In this document: positions 1-10,847 of the stretch, piece by piece
Layout: each line of letters opens with the position of its first letter
How positions within the stretch are numbered: the first letter of the stretch is position 1
From: an uncultured Rhodobacterales bacterium
Lineage (GTDB): Bacteria > Pseudomonadota > Alphaproteobacteria > Rhodobacterales > CAZPXZ01
Reading direction: 5' to 3'
Assembly (NCBI GenBank): GCA_964586735.1
Contig: CAZPIN010000144.1
Location: 1-60,658 of the forward strand
Length of the DNA stretch: 60,658 nt
Position numbers and translations under genes: made by a program
The notes under the pieces: generated by a model
Databases searched by the model: none
What the model saw: only the letters and a program-made list of their open reading frames with translations
Told to the model about the DNA's origin: nothing

Positions 1-1486
1 TGCGCGACGCCTCCGGCGACGGACCGGCTGCGCGCCGGTCAAGCCCGCTGCGCAGGATCGATTCCGCCGACGAAACCTTCGGGCTGCCGATCGACAGTGC
101 CCGCGCAGGCCGCGTCAAGCCTCTCCCGCCCGTAGGCACCCTCAAGCAGCAGAAGCCTGCGGCACGAGCGCAGGGCCTGCTCCGTGCCCGCACCGTCGCC
201 CAGCAGCGCCGCCGCCAGCGCCGCCGCTCCCTCGCCGACCGTCCCCGCTTCCCGCCGAAGCCGCTCGGCGGTCATTTCCCGGCGGCGGGCGTGCCTCGGC
301 GTCATGTGCTCCTTCTGCGTCGACCATCCGCCCTCCGCAAGCCGGACGTGCGACGCGACGCGGCTGCCGTCGTGCACCACCTCCACCGTCCGCGCGCCCA
401 GCGCCACCCACACCCGCTTTCCGACCAGGCCGGACGGCACCGAATAGCGGCCGCCGCCGGCCGGGACGTGGTAGTACCGGTCTACCTTGCGCGACTTCCA
501 CCGCACAAACTCCCAGGGATGCGCCGGAAGCGGGCGCAGCGCCGGAAGGTCAAGCCGCTCGAACAGGTCGCGGCGGCTGGCGCCGAGGTGCCTCGAATGC
601 CTCCGGTTGAGCCTGTCCAGCAGCGGGCGCATCGCCTGGTTGACCTCGGCGAGGCTGAAAAACCGCCGATGCTGCAGCCGGGCCAGAACCCGGCACTCCA
701 CCTGCTGCACCGCGTTTTCCACCTTCGCTTTGTCCTGCGGCTTCTTTGGGCGGGCCGGAGACGCCGCCGTGCCGTAATGGAGAACCAGGTCAGCGAACGA
801 GGGATTGAGTTTCGGATTCGTTAGGCTCGATCTGGCGACCCCGGACTTCAGATTGTCCAGGACGATCATTTCCGGCACACCCCCGTAGAACAACAGCGCC
901 CGGACATGGCTGCCCGTCCAGTCCTCGATCTTCTGGCTCTCCGTCACCTCCGCTTAGATGCAGCCCGAAGCCCCCATTGCCGCCACGAATACCTGCGTCT
1001 GGCTGACCTCGCCAGTCTCGGGGCAGTGGATGGGCACCGTCATGCCGACGTAGTCCACCTCGAGCCGCGCGCCCGCTACATGCTGCTGCTGCATGACAGG
1101 CTCGGCGTGGATCTCCCAGTCCCTGTAGAGATCGCAGAAGCGGCTGTAACTGTATCCCTGGCAGCCGCAGCCCAACTGGCACTCCTCCCACAGCAGCGAG
1201 AGCGTCACGCCCTTCCTGCGAAGCTCCCGGTGCACCTTCCGCCAGTCGGGGACCGGGATGGCGCTCCGCCTCTTCTCCTCGTCGTGGGGAAACAGGAGCC
1301 TTTCCAGCTCCCGGTCCCCCAGGCTTTCAGCTGCCGTCCAGTCCACGCCGGCGGCGTCCGCCTTCGCCAAGTAATTCCACCTGAGTTGATGGGCAGGACC
1401 AGGCTATGCGCAGCCCTTCGCCCTAAAAAAACCTGCGACCGCAGTCGCAGGACCTCGCGAATCCTTCGCATTGGCAACCTCTTCAT
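1..1486 (-). pseudogene. istA: IS21-family transposase IstA, disrupted
   Basis: N-terminus MKRLPMRRIREVLRLR; PDWRKVHRELRRKGVTLSLLWEE; YSYSRFC; EVDYVG; VPEMIVLDNLKSGV; KPQDKAKVENAV. Frameshift(s) around 1370-1420, in-frame TAA at 954-956, and a further frameshift near 100 (the other frame reads RALSIGSPKVSSAESILRSGLD). Confidence 0.85.
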
Positions 1487-1674
1487 GGGTCTGCCCTCCC
1501 ACTGCCTCAAGGAAGCGGCAGGGTAGATGGTGTCGGGTTGCCCTGGAGCGGTCTGTCAACGAAGAATCCGGGGAACCAGATGCTCCGTTATTGGTGACCA
1601 AGTACCTTCGGAATCGGTGACCTAGAGTCGTCGTGATGGGAACCAAGTACCCACGTCATTTGCAACAATCCGCA
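1..1674 (-). mobile_element. Decayed IS21-family insertion sequence (left part; continues beyond window start)
   Basis: Broken IstA transposase. Upstream on the minus strand is a TGCGGATT start at 1674, with short repeated motifs (GGTCACC twice, GGTACTTGGT twice, GGTCACCGATTCCG) resembling IS21-family subterminal repeats. The end position is approximate. Confidence 0.7.
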
Positions 1675-1748
1675 TATGCAGGACATGCTCCAACGCACTT
1701 GCCAGTATCGGCAACAGCAACCTAGATGGCTGCCAGCACCTACCTGCC

Positions 1749-3041
1749 CTATCCGGCAACTTTTTTGGCGACGGATGCCAGTACCCGCTCGTAGCCCGTG
1801 ACGCATCGCTCGACCGAAAACTCCTGCGCGCGCTGCCGCAGTACGTCCCTGGGAGGAGGATTGCGGATAGCCTGTTCCAGCGCGTCTGCCATGGCCTCAT
1901 GGTTCCCCACCGGAACCAAGGCACCGTAGCGACCATTCTCCAGAATCTCCTGCGGTCCGCCAATGTCGGTACTAACGCAGGGACAGCCACAGGCGAGCGC
2001 CTCCAGAAGCACCATCCCCAATCCTTCGAACTCCGATGACAGCCCCATTACTGACGAATGGCGCATGTACTGAAAAGGGTTGCCCGAAAAGCCCGGATTG
2101 TCGAAGTCTTCCGATATGCCCAGCTGAAGAGACAGGTTCTTTAGACACTTTTCCTTTGGTCCTCTGCCCAATATTAACAAGTGACATTTTATGCGCTTAC
2201 GCAGCAGGCAGAATGCACGCATCAATGTCGGCCAATCCTTTTGCGGGACCAGTCTGCCAACGCCAAGCACAACAGGAACGCCTGATTCCCTGAACCACTT
2301 GTGGTCCGGCCTTTCCCTCGACAGTAATTCAACGCTGCCTGCATGTACGCCATTGTGAACAACCTCAATTTGCGAATGTGGAATCATTGTGTGACGCTCT
2401 ACTGCCTTCTTTACCGCTCTGGAAACAACGATGACTTTCTGCGCATGGCGCAGCATGCTCCAGTACTGCCGCTGTCTTCGCGGAAATTGCATTTCCCGCC
2501 CGATATTGTGAACAACGGGAATCACCGGAACTGGCTGAACGGCCATGCTTGATGCCAGCTGCGCTATCATTGTCGAGTGTTGCATATGCGGTACGACAAA
2601 ATTGGGTTTTGATAGATTAATATAGTGCGTTAACCAAATCGCACTGCGGATTCGCTTGATTGACGGTAGTATGCCAATGCGCCAATTCAAAAACTTTGCC
2701 GCCTGTATATATACGGCAAAAAATGTTTTGAGTGTGCTATTTTGCATTCTTCTGGTAGCCACCTCCCTTGGATCATTCAGTACCAGCAAACGCAACCTTT
2801 CTGGCACTTCATTAGGGTAGTCAACGCCTTTGCCAAGCACAATCATGTCGACATGATGACCGCGTTCAAGCAGTCCTCCCGCGATACTCAATGCAACGCG
2901 CTCCGCCCCCCCATTACGCAAATGAGGAATCACCATTGCAATTCTTGACTGTGGCAGAGGCATAGTGCCTGACGGGCTGTTTAGAGAATCAACGTGAAGA
3001 TCGAGGTCCTCATCATTGATGCCGGTACAAGACATGTCCAT
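1749..3041 (-). CDS. Glycosyltransferase family 4 (GT-B)
   Basis: GGAERVA, VGRLVPQKD, SSEFEGLGMVLLEALACGCPCVSTD; GAGGGAG upstream of the ATG. Confidence 0.88.
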   Translation of the reverse strand: MDMSCTGINDEDLDLHVDSLNSPSGTMPLPQSRIAMVIPHLRNGGAERVALSIAGGLLERGHHVDMIVLGKGVDYPNEVPERLRLLVLNDPREVATRRMQNSTLKTFFAVYIQAAKFLNWRIGILPSIKRIRSAIWLTHYINLSKPNFVVPHMQHSTMIAQLASSMAVQPVPVIPVVHNIGREMQFPRRQRQYWSMLRHAQKVIVVSRAVKKAVERHTMIPHSQIEVVHNGVHAGSVELLSRERPDHKWFRESGVPVVLGVGRLVPQKDWPTLMRAFCLLRKRIKCHLLILGRGPKEKCLKNLSLQLGISEDFDNPGFSGNPFQYMRHSSVMGLSSEFEGLGMVLLEALACGCPCVSTDIGGPQEILENGRYGALVPVGNHEAMADALEQAIRNPPPRDVLRQRAQEFSVERCVTGYERVLASVAKKVAG

Positions 3042-3202
3042 ATCTCCCTCATGCTCGACGAATCAGTGACAAAATGGGCGGCACTCTGGGCAAAAGCGTT
3101 GCATCATCGCTGGTTTACGACTGTAACGGTTGCCTCGAGTAAATCCGAATCGCTTGATGCCGGCATTCGCACGGCCGTGCGGGCCTAGGCTAAAGCGGAT
3201 TT

Positions 3203-3985
3203 TCACTTTTCACTTCCCGCTATTTTGTATCTGGCCACAATACGTGAGAACGCCATTCGCATCCGTACGTCTGCCCTGAGCTTCGCCAGGGTACGCCGCC
3301 ATGCGGAATACTTGGGATAGCGAAAAGTTGGCCCGGCTTCGTGGTTTTTGCTATAATTGTCCACAGAAATTTGAGATGCTAATGAAGTGTCTTTATGCGC
3401 GACCGGTGGACAGGCAACGCCAACCGTCAGCCCATTCTCCCAGTATCTTGTAATGAAGTGATCCATTTGCCATTTCAATTTTGGAAAAGATTCCACAAGG
3501 TGACGAGCGGCACTTTTCCGAATAACATACGCGTCGCTGCCGTTGTCATATCCATTGATTATACCAACTGAAAATGACGGGGATATATCCGCCAGTTTGT
3601 GAAACCTCCTTCGTCTCTTGTACCAACTGAGCTTCACTATATCAAAACCGTGCATATCGCGTGACAGTGCATTCAGCACCTGTGTAATCCCGGCATTTAA
3701 TCTTGCATCATCTTCATATACCGCAAGCATAGAGTCACCACTACAGGCAAACTCCTTAAGGACGGCCATTTGCGTAAGCCAATTTGCTATCGAGCCAGGG
3801 AGGGGAAAGTACCTCGCTTCTCGTTGTAAAGCACAGTAGTCAACTAGTGACTTTTGTTCATCTGACAGTGTCGCGCCGTCTATCGCATCGTAAAACTGAA
3901 AAGGCAACTGAAGGCGATTGAATTCCTTCTCAATCAACGCTCTGCGTTTTGTGGCAGATGGCAGACTGATAACTATGTTCCGCAC
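3203..3985 (-). CDS. Glycosyltransferase family 25 (LPS/LOS beta-glycosyltransferase)
   Basis: VISLPSATKRR, FYDAIDG, AVYEDDA, AYVIRKSAARHL; GTG start chosen at 3985. Confidence 0.85.
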   Translation of the reverse strand: MRNIVISLPSATKRRALIEKEFNRLQLPFQFYDAIDGATLSDEQKSLVDYCALQREARYFPLPGSIANWLTQMAVLKEFACSGDSMLAVYEDDARLNAGITQVLNALSRDMHGFDIVKLSWYKRRRRFHKLADISPSFSVGIINGYDNGSDAYVIRKSAARHLVESFPKLKWQMDHFITRYWENGLTVGVACPPVAHKDTSLASQISVDNYSKNHEAGPTFRYPKYSAWRRTLAKLRADVRMRMAFSRIVARYKIAGSEK

Positions 3986-4173
3986 AATACGATCCCCGCA
4001 CGCGTGTAGCAAAATTGCGAAACCGGGCACAGCTGTCGCTTGCCCGGCATTTCGCGTACCTGCTGCCAAGTCGCCACACGCCGATCAATTTCGCGTTTCA
4101 TACTTCCAGCGGACCTCAGGACCTTAGCAGACCGACGATAAGCGCACTCGATCCCTGCTGCACGCAAAGGCGA

Positions 4174-6156
4174 TCAGGAGTCCCGCGCTACAGCAGATTC
4201 GGTTTCCTCCGTTTCTCCGACAGCATCGTCAGATTCGGTGGCTGCGCCAGACTGGTCCGCCTCAGCAGACTCGCTCTCGCTAGCCTCTGCTTCAGCCGCC
4301 GCGGTTTCCGGATTCGGCTCGGCGTCAACCTCGGCCTGAGACGTGTTTTCTTCGCTGGCGGATTCGCTGCTCTCCGATGCAGCCTCTTCCGAGACTTCCG
4401 TTGGTGAATCAGCTACCTCCGAGCCTTCACCGCCCTCATCCTGACTACGCCGCTGCAGCGCAGGGGCCAGTATCTCGCCAAGCCGCGCGCCTGACGCGGC
4501 GGACCCATACTGCCGCTTCGCCTCCTCTTCAATCGCCAGTTCATGGGCCTTGATGGAAAGGCCCAAACGGCGTGAGGAGCGGTCAATGTTGGTCACCCGC
4601 GCCTCCACCTTCTGGTCGAGGGCAAACCTGTCCGGTTTCTGCTCGGACCGCTCCCGTGAGAGATCCGCGCTGCGGATGAAGCACGTCAGACCATCGACAT
4701 CCACCTCGATGCCCTTGGCCTCTATGCTGGTGACGCTGCCAACCACCACCGACCCCTTCTTGAGGCCGCGGGTCGCCTCGGCGAACGGGTCCCCGCCAAC
4801 CTGCTTGATGCCCAAGGAGATACGCTCCTTTTCGGCATCCGCGTCCAGCACCACCGCCTTGACGATGTCTCCCTTCTTGTACTTCTTGACCTCCTCCTCG
4901 CCAGGGGTTTCCCAAGACAGCTCGGTCAGATGCACCATGCCGTCGATGCCGCCTTCCAGCCCGACAAATAGCCCAAACTCGGTGATGGAGCGAATCGGCC
5001 CCTCAACGACGCTACCGGCCGAATTTTCCTCGGCGAAGACCTCCCACGGATTGGGCAGGCACTGCTTGAGACCCAGCGAAATCCGTCGGCTGTCTCCGTC
5101 CGTGTTGAGCACCATCACCTCCACCTCCTGCGAGCTGGAGACGATCTTTCCCGGCGGTACGTTCTTCTTGGTCCACGACATCTCGGTAACGTGGATCAGG
5201 CCCTCAACCCCCGGCTCGAGTTCCACGAAGGCGCCGAAGTCAGTGATGTTGGCCACCCGCCCCTTGAGCTTCATGCCGGACGGGTACTTCTCGGCCACGC
5301 CATCCCACGGATCAGGCAGCAGCTGCTTCATGCCAAGGCTGATTCGCTGGCTCTCGCGGTTAACCTTGATCACCTGCACCTGCACGGGGTCGCCCACAGA
5401 TACCACCTCCGAGGGATGGTGCACCCGCCGCCAGGCCATGTCGGTGACGTGGAGCAGTCCATCGATGCCTCCCAAGTCGACGAAAGCGCCAAACTCGACG
5501 ATGTTCTTGACCACCCCCTCGATGATTTCACCCCGGTTGAGGTTCTCGAGCACCTTGGTGCGCTCTGCCGCTGAGGACTCCTCAAGCACGGCGCGGCGGG
5601 ACACCACGATGTTTCCACGCCGCCGGTCCATCTTGACGATCTGAAACGGCTGCGGCGTGTTCATCAGGGAAGCGATGTTGTGCACCGGGCGAATGTCCAC
5701 CTGGCTGCCCGGGAGGAAAGCCGTGGCACCGTCAAGATCGACGGAAAAGCCTCCCTTGACCCGCCCGACGATCAGCCCCTCGACATGTTCCTGCTTGGCG
5801 TTGGCCTTTTCGAGCCGGTCCCAGGCCGCCTCCCTGTTGGCCTTCTCCCGCGACAGCACGGCCTCGCCCTTGGAGTTTTCGATCCTGTCGAGATAGACGT
5901 CCACCGTCTCGCCGACCTTGACGTCGATCTCGCGGCCAGGGCGGGCGAACTCCTTGAGGTCCACCCTGCCTTCGGTCTTGAACCCCACGTCAATGACCGC
6001 CTGGTTGTTCTCGATTCCAATCACCTGGCCCTGGACCACCGTGCCTTCCTGAGGCATCTTGCCGTCGAGGCTGTCGTTCAGCATTGCCTCGAACTCCGCC
6101 ACCGACGGAGCCGACATCTTGGCAGTCGCAGTGACGCTCACCGTTTCCGTTTCCAT
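4174..6156 (-). CDS. rpsA: 30S ribosomal protein S1 with acidic C-terminal tail
   Basis: Repeated S1 domains (DVGFKTEGRV, FGAFVDLGGIDGLLHVTDM, FGAFVELEPGVEGLIHV); GGGAGG RBS. Confidence 0.97.
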   Translation of the reverse strand: METETVSVTATAKMSAPSVAEFEAMLNDSLDGKMPQEGTVVQGQVIGIENNQAVIDVGFKTEGRVDLKEFARPGREIDVKVGETVDVYLDRIENSKGEAVLSREKANREAAWDRLEKANAKQEHVEGLIVGRVKGGFSVDLDGATAFLPGSQVDIRPVHNIASLMNTPQPFQIVKMDRRRGNIVVSRRAVLEESSAAERTKVLENLNRGEIIEGVVKNIVEFGAFVDLGGIDGLLHVTDMAWRRVHHPSEVVSVGDPVQVQVIKVNRESQRISLGMKQLLPDPWDGVAEKYPSGMKLKGRVANITDFGAFVELEPGVEGLIHVTEMSWTKKNVPPGKIVSSSQEVEVMVLNTDGDSRRISLGLKQCLPNPWEVFAEENSAGSVVEGPIRSITEFGLFVGLEGGIDGMVHLTELSWETPGEEEVKKYKKGDIVKAVVLDADAEKERISLGIKQVGGDPFAEATRGLKKGSVVVGSVTSIEAKGIEVDVDGLTCFIRSADLSRERSEQKPDRFALDQKVEARVTNIDRSSRRLGLSIKAHELAIEEEAKRQYGSAASGARLGEILAPALQRRSQDEGGEGSEVADSPTEVSEEAASESSESASEENTSQAEVDAEPNPETAAAEAEASESESAEADQSGAATESDDAVGETEETESAVARDS

Positions 6157-6197
6157 ACAGCAATATCCTCCCAGGGGCGCTCGGCCCGGTTTCGGTT

Positions 6198-6860
6198 TCA
6201 TAGGGAATGCGGACCGCGGTCGACGTCAAGGCACTCCGCGATCAAGGCCGCCACTCGGTCGACCGCCTCCTCTATACCCAATTTTGTCGTGTCAAGCAAG
6301 TGGGCGTCTTCGGCGCGCAGCATCGGCGCCAGCTCGCGCCCGCTGTCCTGCTCGTCCCGTTTGGCCATCGCAGCCTGCACCTGCGCGGGATCGGCGGCCA
6401 CGCCGCGCCGCTCCAGCTCGCCCATGCGCCGCCGCGCCCTCTCCTCCAGGTCGGCGGTGACGTACACCTTCACGTCGGCATCCGGGCAGACCACCGTACC
6501 AATGTCGCGCCCGTCGAGTACAGCCCCAGCGGCTCCGCCGGGCGGATTGCTGGCAAACTCCCTCTGCTTGACGAGAGCCTCCTCCCGCACCTCCGGCCAT
6601 GCCGCCACGGCCGAGACGAGGCTGTCCACCTCCGGAGTCCGCAGCCCGGACGCCCCGTCGAGCGCGTCCGGCGCCAGCCCGCTGGCATACCCCTTTGCCG
6701 CGGCGCGCTCGTGGCGGCCACCATGCTCGTCGATCAGGTGGCGCGCCACCGCCCGGTACAGAAGGCCGGTATCCAGATGGGCATAGCCGTAGCGCTGCGC
6801 CAGACGCCTGGCGATGGTACCCTTGCCGGAGGCGGCGGGGCCGTCCAACGCGACAATCAC
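6198..6860 (-). CDS. cmk: Cytidylate kinase
   Basis: ALDGPAASGKGT, LDTGLLYRA, LDGRDIGTVVCPDA; position between aroA and rpsA. Confidence 0.96.
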   Translation of the reverse strand: MIVALDGPAASGKGTIARRLAQRYGYAHLDTGLLYRAVARHLIDEHGGRHERAAAKGYASGLAPDALDGASGLRTPEVDSLVSAVAAWPEVREEALVKQREFASNPPGGAAGAVLDGRDIGTVVCPDADVKVYVTADLEERARRRMGELERRGVAADPAQVQAAMAKRDEQDSGRELAPMLRAEDAHLLDTTKLGIEEAVDRVAALIAECLDVDRGPHSL

Positions 6861-8203
6861 GTGCCGTCTTCCACGATGTCGGCGCCAAGGCCGCGCATGA
6901 GGTCCAGATAGCCCGGAAAGCTGGTGGCGATGGGCCGTCCGTCATCGACCTTGATCGCCTGCCGCGCGCCAAGGCCCAGCGCCACCCAGGCCATGGCCAA
7001 ACGATGGTCGCCAGCGGCGGACAGGTCGACGCCGCCGTCGACGCCGCCGCCGCGCATCGCCATCCAGTCGTCGCCTGTCTCCACAAGTACGCCGGCGGCC
7101 TCCAGCCCCGCCGCCACCGCGGCGATTCGGTCCGACTCCTTGGCCCGCAGTTCGCCCACGCCCTCCATGCGCGTTTCGCCCTCGGCGAAGGCCGCCACTA
7201 CCGCCAGAGCCGGATACTCGTCGATCATCGAGGGAGCGCGCTCCGCCGGTACGGTTACGCCCTTGAGCGTACCGTGGCGCAGGGTCAGGTCGGCAACCGG
7301 CTCGCCTCCCTCCTCCCGCGCGCTGGAGAAGGTGGCGTCGGCGCCCATCTCGGCGATCGTCTGCAGGAAACCCGTGCGCGTGGGATTGACGCAGACCCCC
7401 GGCATGCGCACCTCCGATCCCTCCACCGCCATCACGGCCGCCGCCACCAGCGCGGCCGAGGACGGGTCCGACGGCACCTTGACGTCAAGCGGCGCGAGGT
7501 CGACGCCGCCCGTCAGCAGATGCTCGGCGCCACCGTCGTCCGTCTCCAGCGTGCCGATTCGCGCACCCATCTGCCGCAGCATACGCTCGGTGTGGTCGCG
7601 GGAGAGGCGCGGCTCCACCACGCGGGTCTCGGCCTCGCAGTGCAGGCCGGCCAGCAGAATCGCCGACTTCACCTGCGCCGAGGCCATGGGCATCGTCCAG
7701 TCCAGCGGCAGCACCCGCCGGGCGCCGCGCACGGTGGCCGGCAGCAGGCCGCCTTCGCGGCACTCGATGGCCGCGCCCATGTCGCGCAGCGGCGCAAACA
7801 CCCTCTCCATCGGCCGCCGCCGCAGGCTGGCGTCGCCGGTGAGCGTCGCGGTGATGGGATTGGCGGCGATGACGCCCGCCAGCAGCCGCGCCGCGGTGCC
7901 GGCGTTGCCGCAGTCGATTTGGGATTCGGGCTCCGCCAGCGCGCCGAGACCGCCGCCATCGATTTCCCAGACTCCGTCGTTGCCGCGCTGCGCCGGTACG
8001 CCCAGGGCGCGCACCGCATTGATAGTGGCAAGCACGTCCTCGCCTTCGAGCAGGCCCTCGATTCGGGAGCGGCCCTCGGCCAGCGCGGCCAGCAGCGCCG
8101 CCCGGTGCGAAATCGACTTGTCGCCCGGCACGCTTGCCGTCCCCTTAAAGGGCGACTTGGCCGGATGCACCGTCAGCGGCGCGGGGGTGGGGGATATGGT
8201 CAT
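6857..8203 (-). CDS. aroA: 3-phosphoshikimate 1-carboxyvinyltransferase (EPSP synthase)
   Basis: PGDKSISHRA, GNAGTAARL, ASAQVKSA, ELRAKESDR, DHRLAMA. Confidence 0.97.
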   Translation of the reverse strand: MTISPTPAPLTVHPAKSPFKGTASVPGDKSISHRAALLAALAEGRSRIEGLLEGEDVLATINAVRALGVPAQRGNDGVWEIDGGGLGALAEPESQIDCGNAGTAARLLAGVIAANPITATLTGDASLRRRPMERVFAPLRDMGAAIECREGGLLPATVRGARRVLPLDWTMPMASAQVKSAILLAGLHCEAETRVVEPRLSRDHTERMLRQMGARIGTLETDDGGAEHLLTGGVDLAPLDVKVPSDPSSAALVAAAVMAVEGSEVRMPGVCVNPTRTGFLQTIAEMGADATFSSAREEGGEPVADLTLRHGTLKGVTVPAERAPSMIDEYPALAVVAAFAEGETRMEGVGELRAKESDRIAAVAAGLEAAGVLVETGDDWMAMRGGGVDGGVDLSAAGDHRLAMAWVALGLGARQAIKVDDGRPIATSFPGYLDLMRGLGADIVEDGT

Positions 8204-8901
8204 GTCCGCTCGAAGGTCAGGTAGGTGGGAGTACGCCCCTCGGCCAGGGCCTTGGATTCGTAGCGGGTGCCGGGCCAGTCAGACCAGACCCGCCGCCAGT
8301 CGTCGGCCCGCCGGGCGGTCCAGACAAACGCCGGATGGGCCAGCAGCGCCCTGAGCGCATGGCGCACCATAACCGGCATGTCGCTGGCCACGCGCAGCTC
8401 GCCCCCCGCCGCCATCACCCGCGCCAGCGCGTCGAGAGTTTCCGCCGAGACGATTCGCCTTGCGGCGTGGCGGCGCTTGGGCCAGGGGTCCGGGTAGAGC
8501 ACGAACGCCCGCTCCACCGCCCCGTCCGGCATGGCGTCCAGCAGGTCGCGACCGTCGCCGGCATGGACGCGGAGGTTGGCCGGTCCGTCGTCGCCGAGCG
8601 CCTTGAGCAGCGCCGCCACCCCGGCGGTGTAGGTTTCGGCGCCCAGCATGAGGACGTCGGGATGGGCTTGCGCCTGCGCCAGCAGATGCTCGCCATTGCC
8701 AAAACCGATCTCCAGCCAGCAGGCGCGGCGGCCGTCCTGCAGCGATCGGATGTCGAGCGTCCCGCGGCCGCCTCCCGCGGCCGCCTCGACTCCTTCCAGC
8801 GCCCGGCCGGGTAGCAGCCGCTCCAGAGCCCGCCGCCTGCCCGGGCGCAGCGCCCGCCTTCGCCCCCGGCCATAGAGATTGCGGCGGGGCGCGGATGCCA
8901 T
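8200..8901 (-). CDS. trmB: tRNA (guanine-N7)-methyltransferase
   Basis: LEIGFGNGEHL, YPDPWPKRRHAARR, TRYESKA. Confidence 0.95.
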   Translation of the reverse strand: MASAPRRNLYGRGRRRALRPGRRRALERLLPGRALEGVEAAAGGGRGTLDIRSLQDGRRACWLEIGFGNGEHLLAQAQAHPDVLMLGAETYTAGVAALLKALGDDGPANLRVHAGDGRDLLDAMPDGAVERAFVLYPDPWPKRRHAARRIVSAETLDALARVMAAGGELRVASDMPVMVRHALRALLAHPAFVWTARRADDWRRVWSDWPGTRYESKALAEGRTPTYLTFERT

Positions 8902-8908
8902 GGCAGCG

Positions 8909-10069
8909 CTAGACCTCGCCGGGCAGGCGATCGCGTAACTCGTCGGCAAGGTCGGTGCGCTCCCATGAAAACCCCCCGTCGCTTTCGGGGGCGCGGCCGA
9001 AATGGCCGTAGGCGGCGGTGCGGCGGTAGACCGGGCGCAGCAGGTCGAGATGGTCGCGGATGCCCGACGGCGTCAGGTCCATAACGCCGCGCAGCGCCTT
9101 GGCGATGTCGGCCTCGCTTCGCGTGCCGGTGTCATGGGTGTCCACCATCACCCCCTGCGGCTCGGCGACGCCGATGGCATAGGCGATCTGGATGGTGCAG
9201 CGGCGGGCGAGTCCGGCGGCGACGACGTTCTTGGCGAGGTAGCGGGCGGCGTAGGCGGCCGAGCGGTCCACCTTGGTGGGATCCTTGCCCGAGAAGGCGC
9301 CGCCGCCATGGGGCGCGGCCCCGCCGTAGGTGTCGACGATGATCTTGCGCCCGGTCAGGCCGGCGTCGCAGTCCGGCCCGCCCTTGACAAAACTGCCGCT
9401 GGGATTGACGTGCCATACGGTCTTCTCGTCGACCCAGCCGTCGGGCAGCACCTCCAGCGCCACGGGCTCGAGCAGCGCCCGCACGCCGTCCTCCGCCTCC
9501 ATATCCTCGGCATGCTGATGCGACAGGACGATGACCTTCACCCGCTTCGGCCTGCCGTCCTCATAGGCCACCGTGAGCTGGACCTTGCCGTCGGGGCCGA
9601 TCTCCGCCAGCGTGCCTTGGCGGCGGTGCTCGCTGATGGTGCGCAGGATGGCATGGGAGTACTGAATCGGCGCCGGCATGAGGTCGTCCGTCTCGTCCAC
9701 CGCGTAGCCGAACATCAGCCCCTGGTCGCCCGCGCCGCCGTCGTCGACGCCGCTGGAAATCTCGAGCGACTGGGGATTGACCCGGTCGAGCACCTCGAGC
9801 CTGTTCCAGTGGAAACCGTCCTGCTCGTAACCGATGTCGCGCACCACCGAGCGGACGATGTCCTCGACCTCGTCCTTCAGATGGCCGGGGCCGCGCACCT
9901 CGCCGGCCACGACCACCAGATTGGTGGTCGCCAGGCACTCGCAGCCGGCGCGGGCGGCGGGGTCCTCCGCCAGATAGCGGTCAAGCAGCGCGTCCGACAG
10001 CTGGTCGCAGATCTTGTCGGGGTGTCCCTCCGAAACCGATTCGGAGGTGAAGTCGAAGTCGCGAATCAC
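8909..10069 (-). CDS. metK: S-adenosylmethionine synthase
   Basis: [49 protein letters not shown]. Confidence 0.98.
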   Translation of the reverse strand: MIRDFDFTSESVSEGHPDKICDQLSDALLDRYLAEDPAARAGCECLATTNLVVVAGEVRGPGHLKDEVEDIVRSVVRDIGYEQDGFHWNRLEVLDRVNPQSLEISSGVDDGGAGDQGLMFGYAVDETDDLMPAPIQYSHAILRTISEHRRQGTLAEIGPDGKVQLTVAYEDGRPKRVKVIVLSHQHAEDMEAEDGVRALLEPVALEVLPDGWVDEKTVWHVNPSGSFVKGGPDCDAGLTGRKIIVDTYGGAAPHGGGAFSGKDPTKVDRSAAYAARYLAKNVVAAGLARRCTIQIAYAIGVAEPQGVMVDTHDTGTRSEADIAKALRGVMDLTPSGIRDHLDLLRPVYRRTAAYGHFGRAPESDGGFSWERTDLADELRDRLPGEV

Positions 10070-10180
10070 GGGCGGCGTACTCCCATCAATACGGCTGGAA
10101 AGGATGCTGGGCGGCGGCGGCCTAAACGGCCGCGCGCGCCTGTCGGCAAGAATATGCGATTCGCGCCGCCTGCCAAATTG

Positions 10181-10816
10181 TCAGAGGTAGCTGCGCATCA
10201 GCCCGGTCAGGCGGCCCTGGATTTCGATCCTTGACGGGTGGAAGCTGAAGTCGTCGAAGTCGGGGTTCTCCGCCCGCAGCACGATGCTGTCGCCCTCAAC
10301 GTCGAAGCGCTTGAGGGTCGTCTCCTCGCCGTCCACCAGGGCGACGGCGATCTCGCCGATCTCCACCTTGGACTGGCTGCGCACCACCACCACGTCGCCG
10401 TCGAGGATGCCGGCGCCAATCATCGATTCGCCGCGCACCTCCAGCGCGAAGTGGTCGCCGCTGCGGCGCACATGCGTACTGGGCACGTTGACGTAGCGGT
10501 GCGAGTCCTCCCACACCACCACCGGCTCGCCGGCCGCCACGTATCCCAGCAGCGGCAGCTCGACGACGGGCAGGTTAGGCGGGGCGCCCGGCGTGCGCGG
10601 GTCCAGAACCGAGTGGAGCACCTCGATGGCGCGCGACCGGTTGGGCAGGCGGTGGATGTAGCCGCGGTCTTCAAGAGCGCGGATCATGCGATGCACGCTC
10701 GCCTTGGAGGACATGTGCAGCTTCTTGCCGATCTCCTCGTAGGTCGGCGCGTAGCCGTTGTCGCGCAGGCCCCGCTCGATGACTCCCATCATGCGCTTCT
10801 GCTTTGGCGTCAGCAT
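10181..10816 (-). CDS. lexA: SOS repressor LexA
   Basis: MLTPKQ wHTH, SKASVHR, VAAGEP cleavage site, GESM serine, TLKR lysine. Confidence 0.95.
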   Translation of the reverse strand: MLTPKQKRMMGVIERGLRDNGYAPTYEEIGKKLHMSSKASVHRMIRALEDRGYIHRLPNRSRAIEVLHSVLDPRTPGAPPNLPVVELPLLGYVAAGEPVVVWEDSHRYVNVPSTHVRRSGDHFALEVRGESMIGAGILDGDVVVVRSQSKVEIGEIAVALVDGEETTLKRFDVEGDSIVLRAENPDFDDFSFHPSRIEIQGRLTGLMRSYL

Positions 10817-10821
10817 TGCGT

Positions 10822-10847
10822 GTTCCCCTTCTGTTCGCGTTTGGTTC
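10822..10847. promoter_or_regulatory. Tandem alphaproteobacterial SOS boxes (GTTC-N7-GTTC-N7-GTTC)
   Basis: GTTC at 10822, 10833 and 10844 (11-bp period) immediately upstream of the lexA start. Confidence 0.88.

Noticed and set aside
3357-3365. DnaA-box-like TTGTCCACA
   Set aside because: Single site inside a CDS, not clustered, so not evidence for oriC
10070-10180. SAM or SAM-SAH riboswitch upstream of metK
   Set aside because: No recognisable conserved core or convincing stem by eye; an Rfam scan would be needed to exclude it fully
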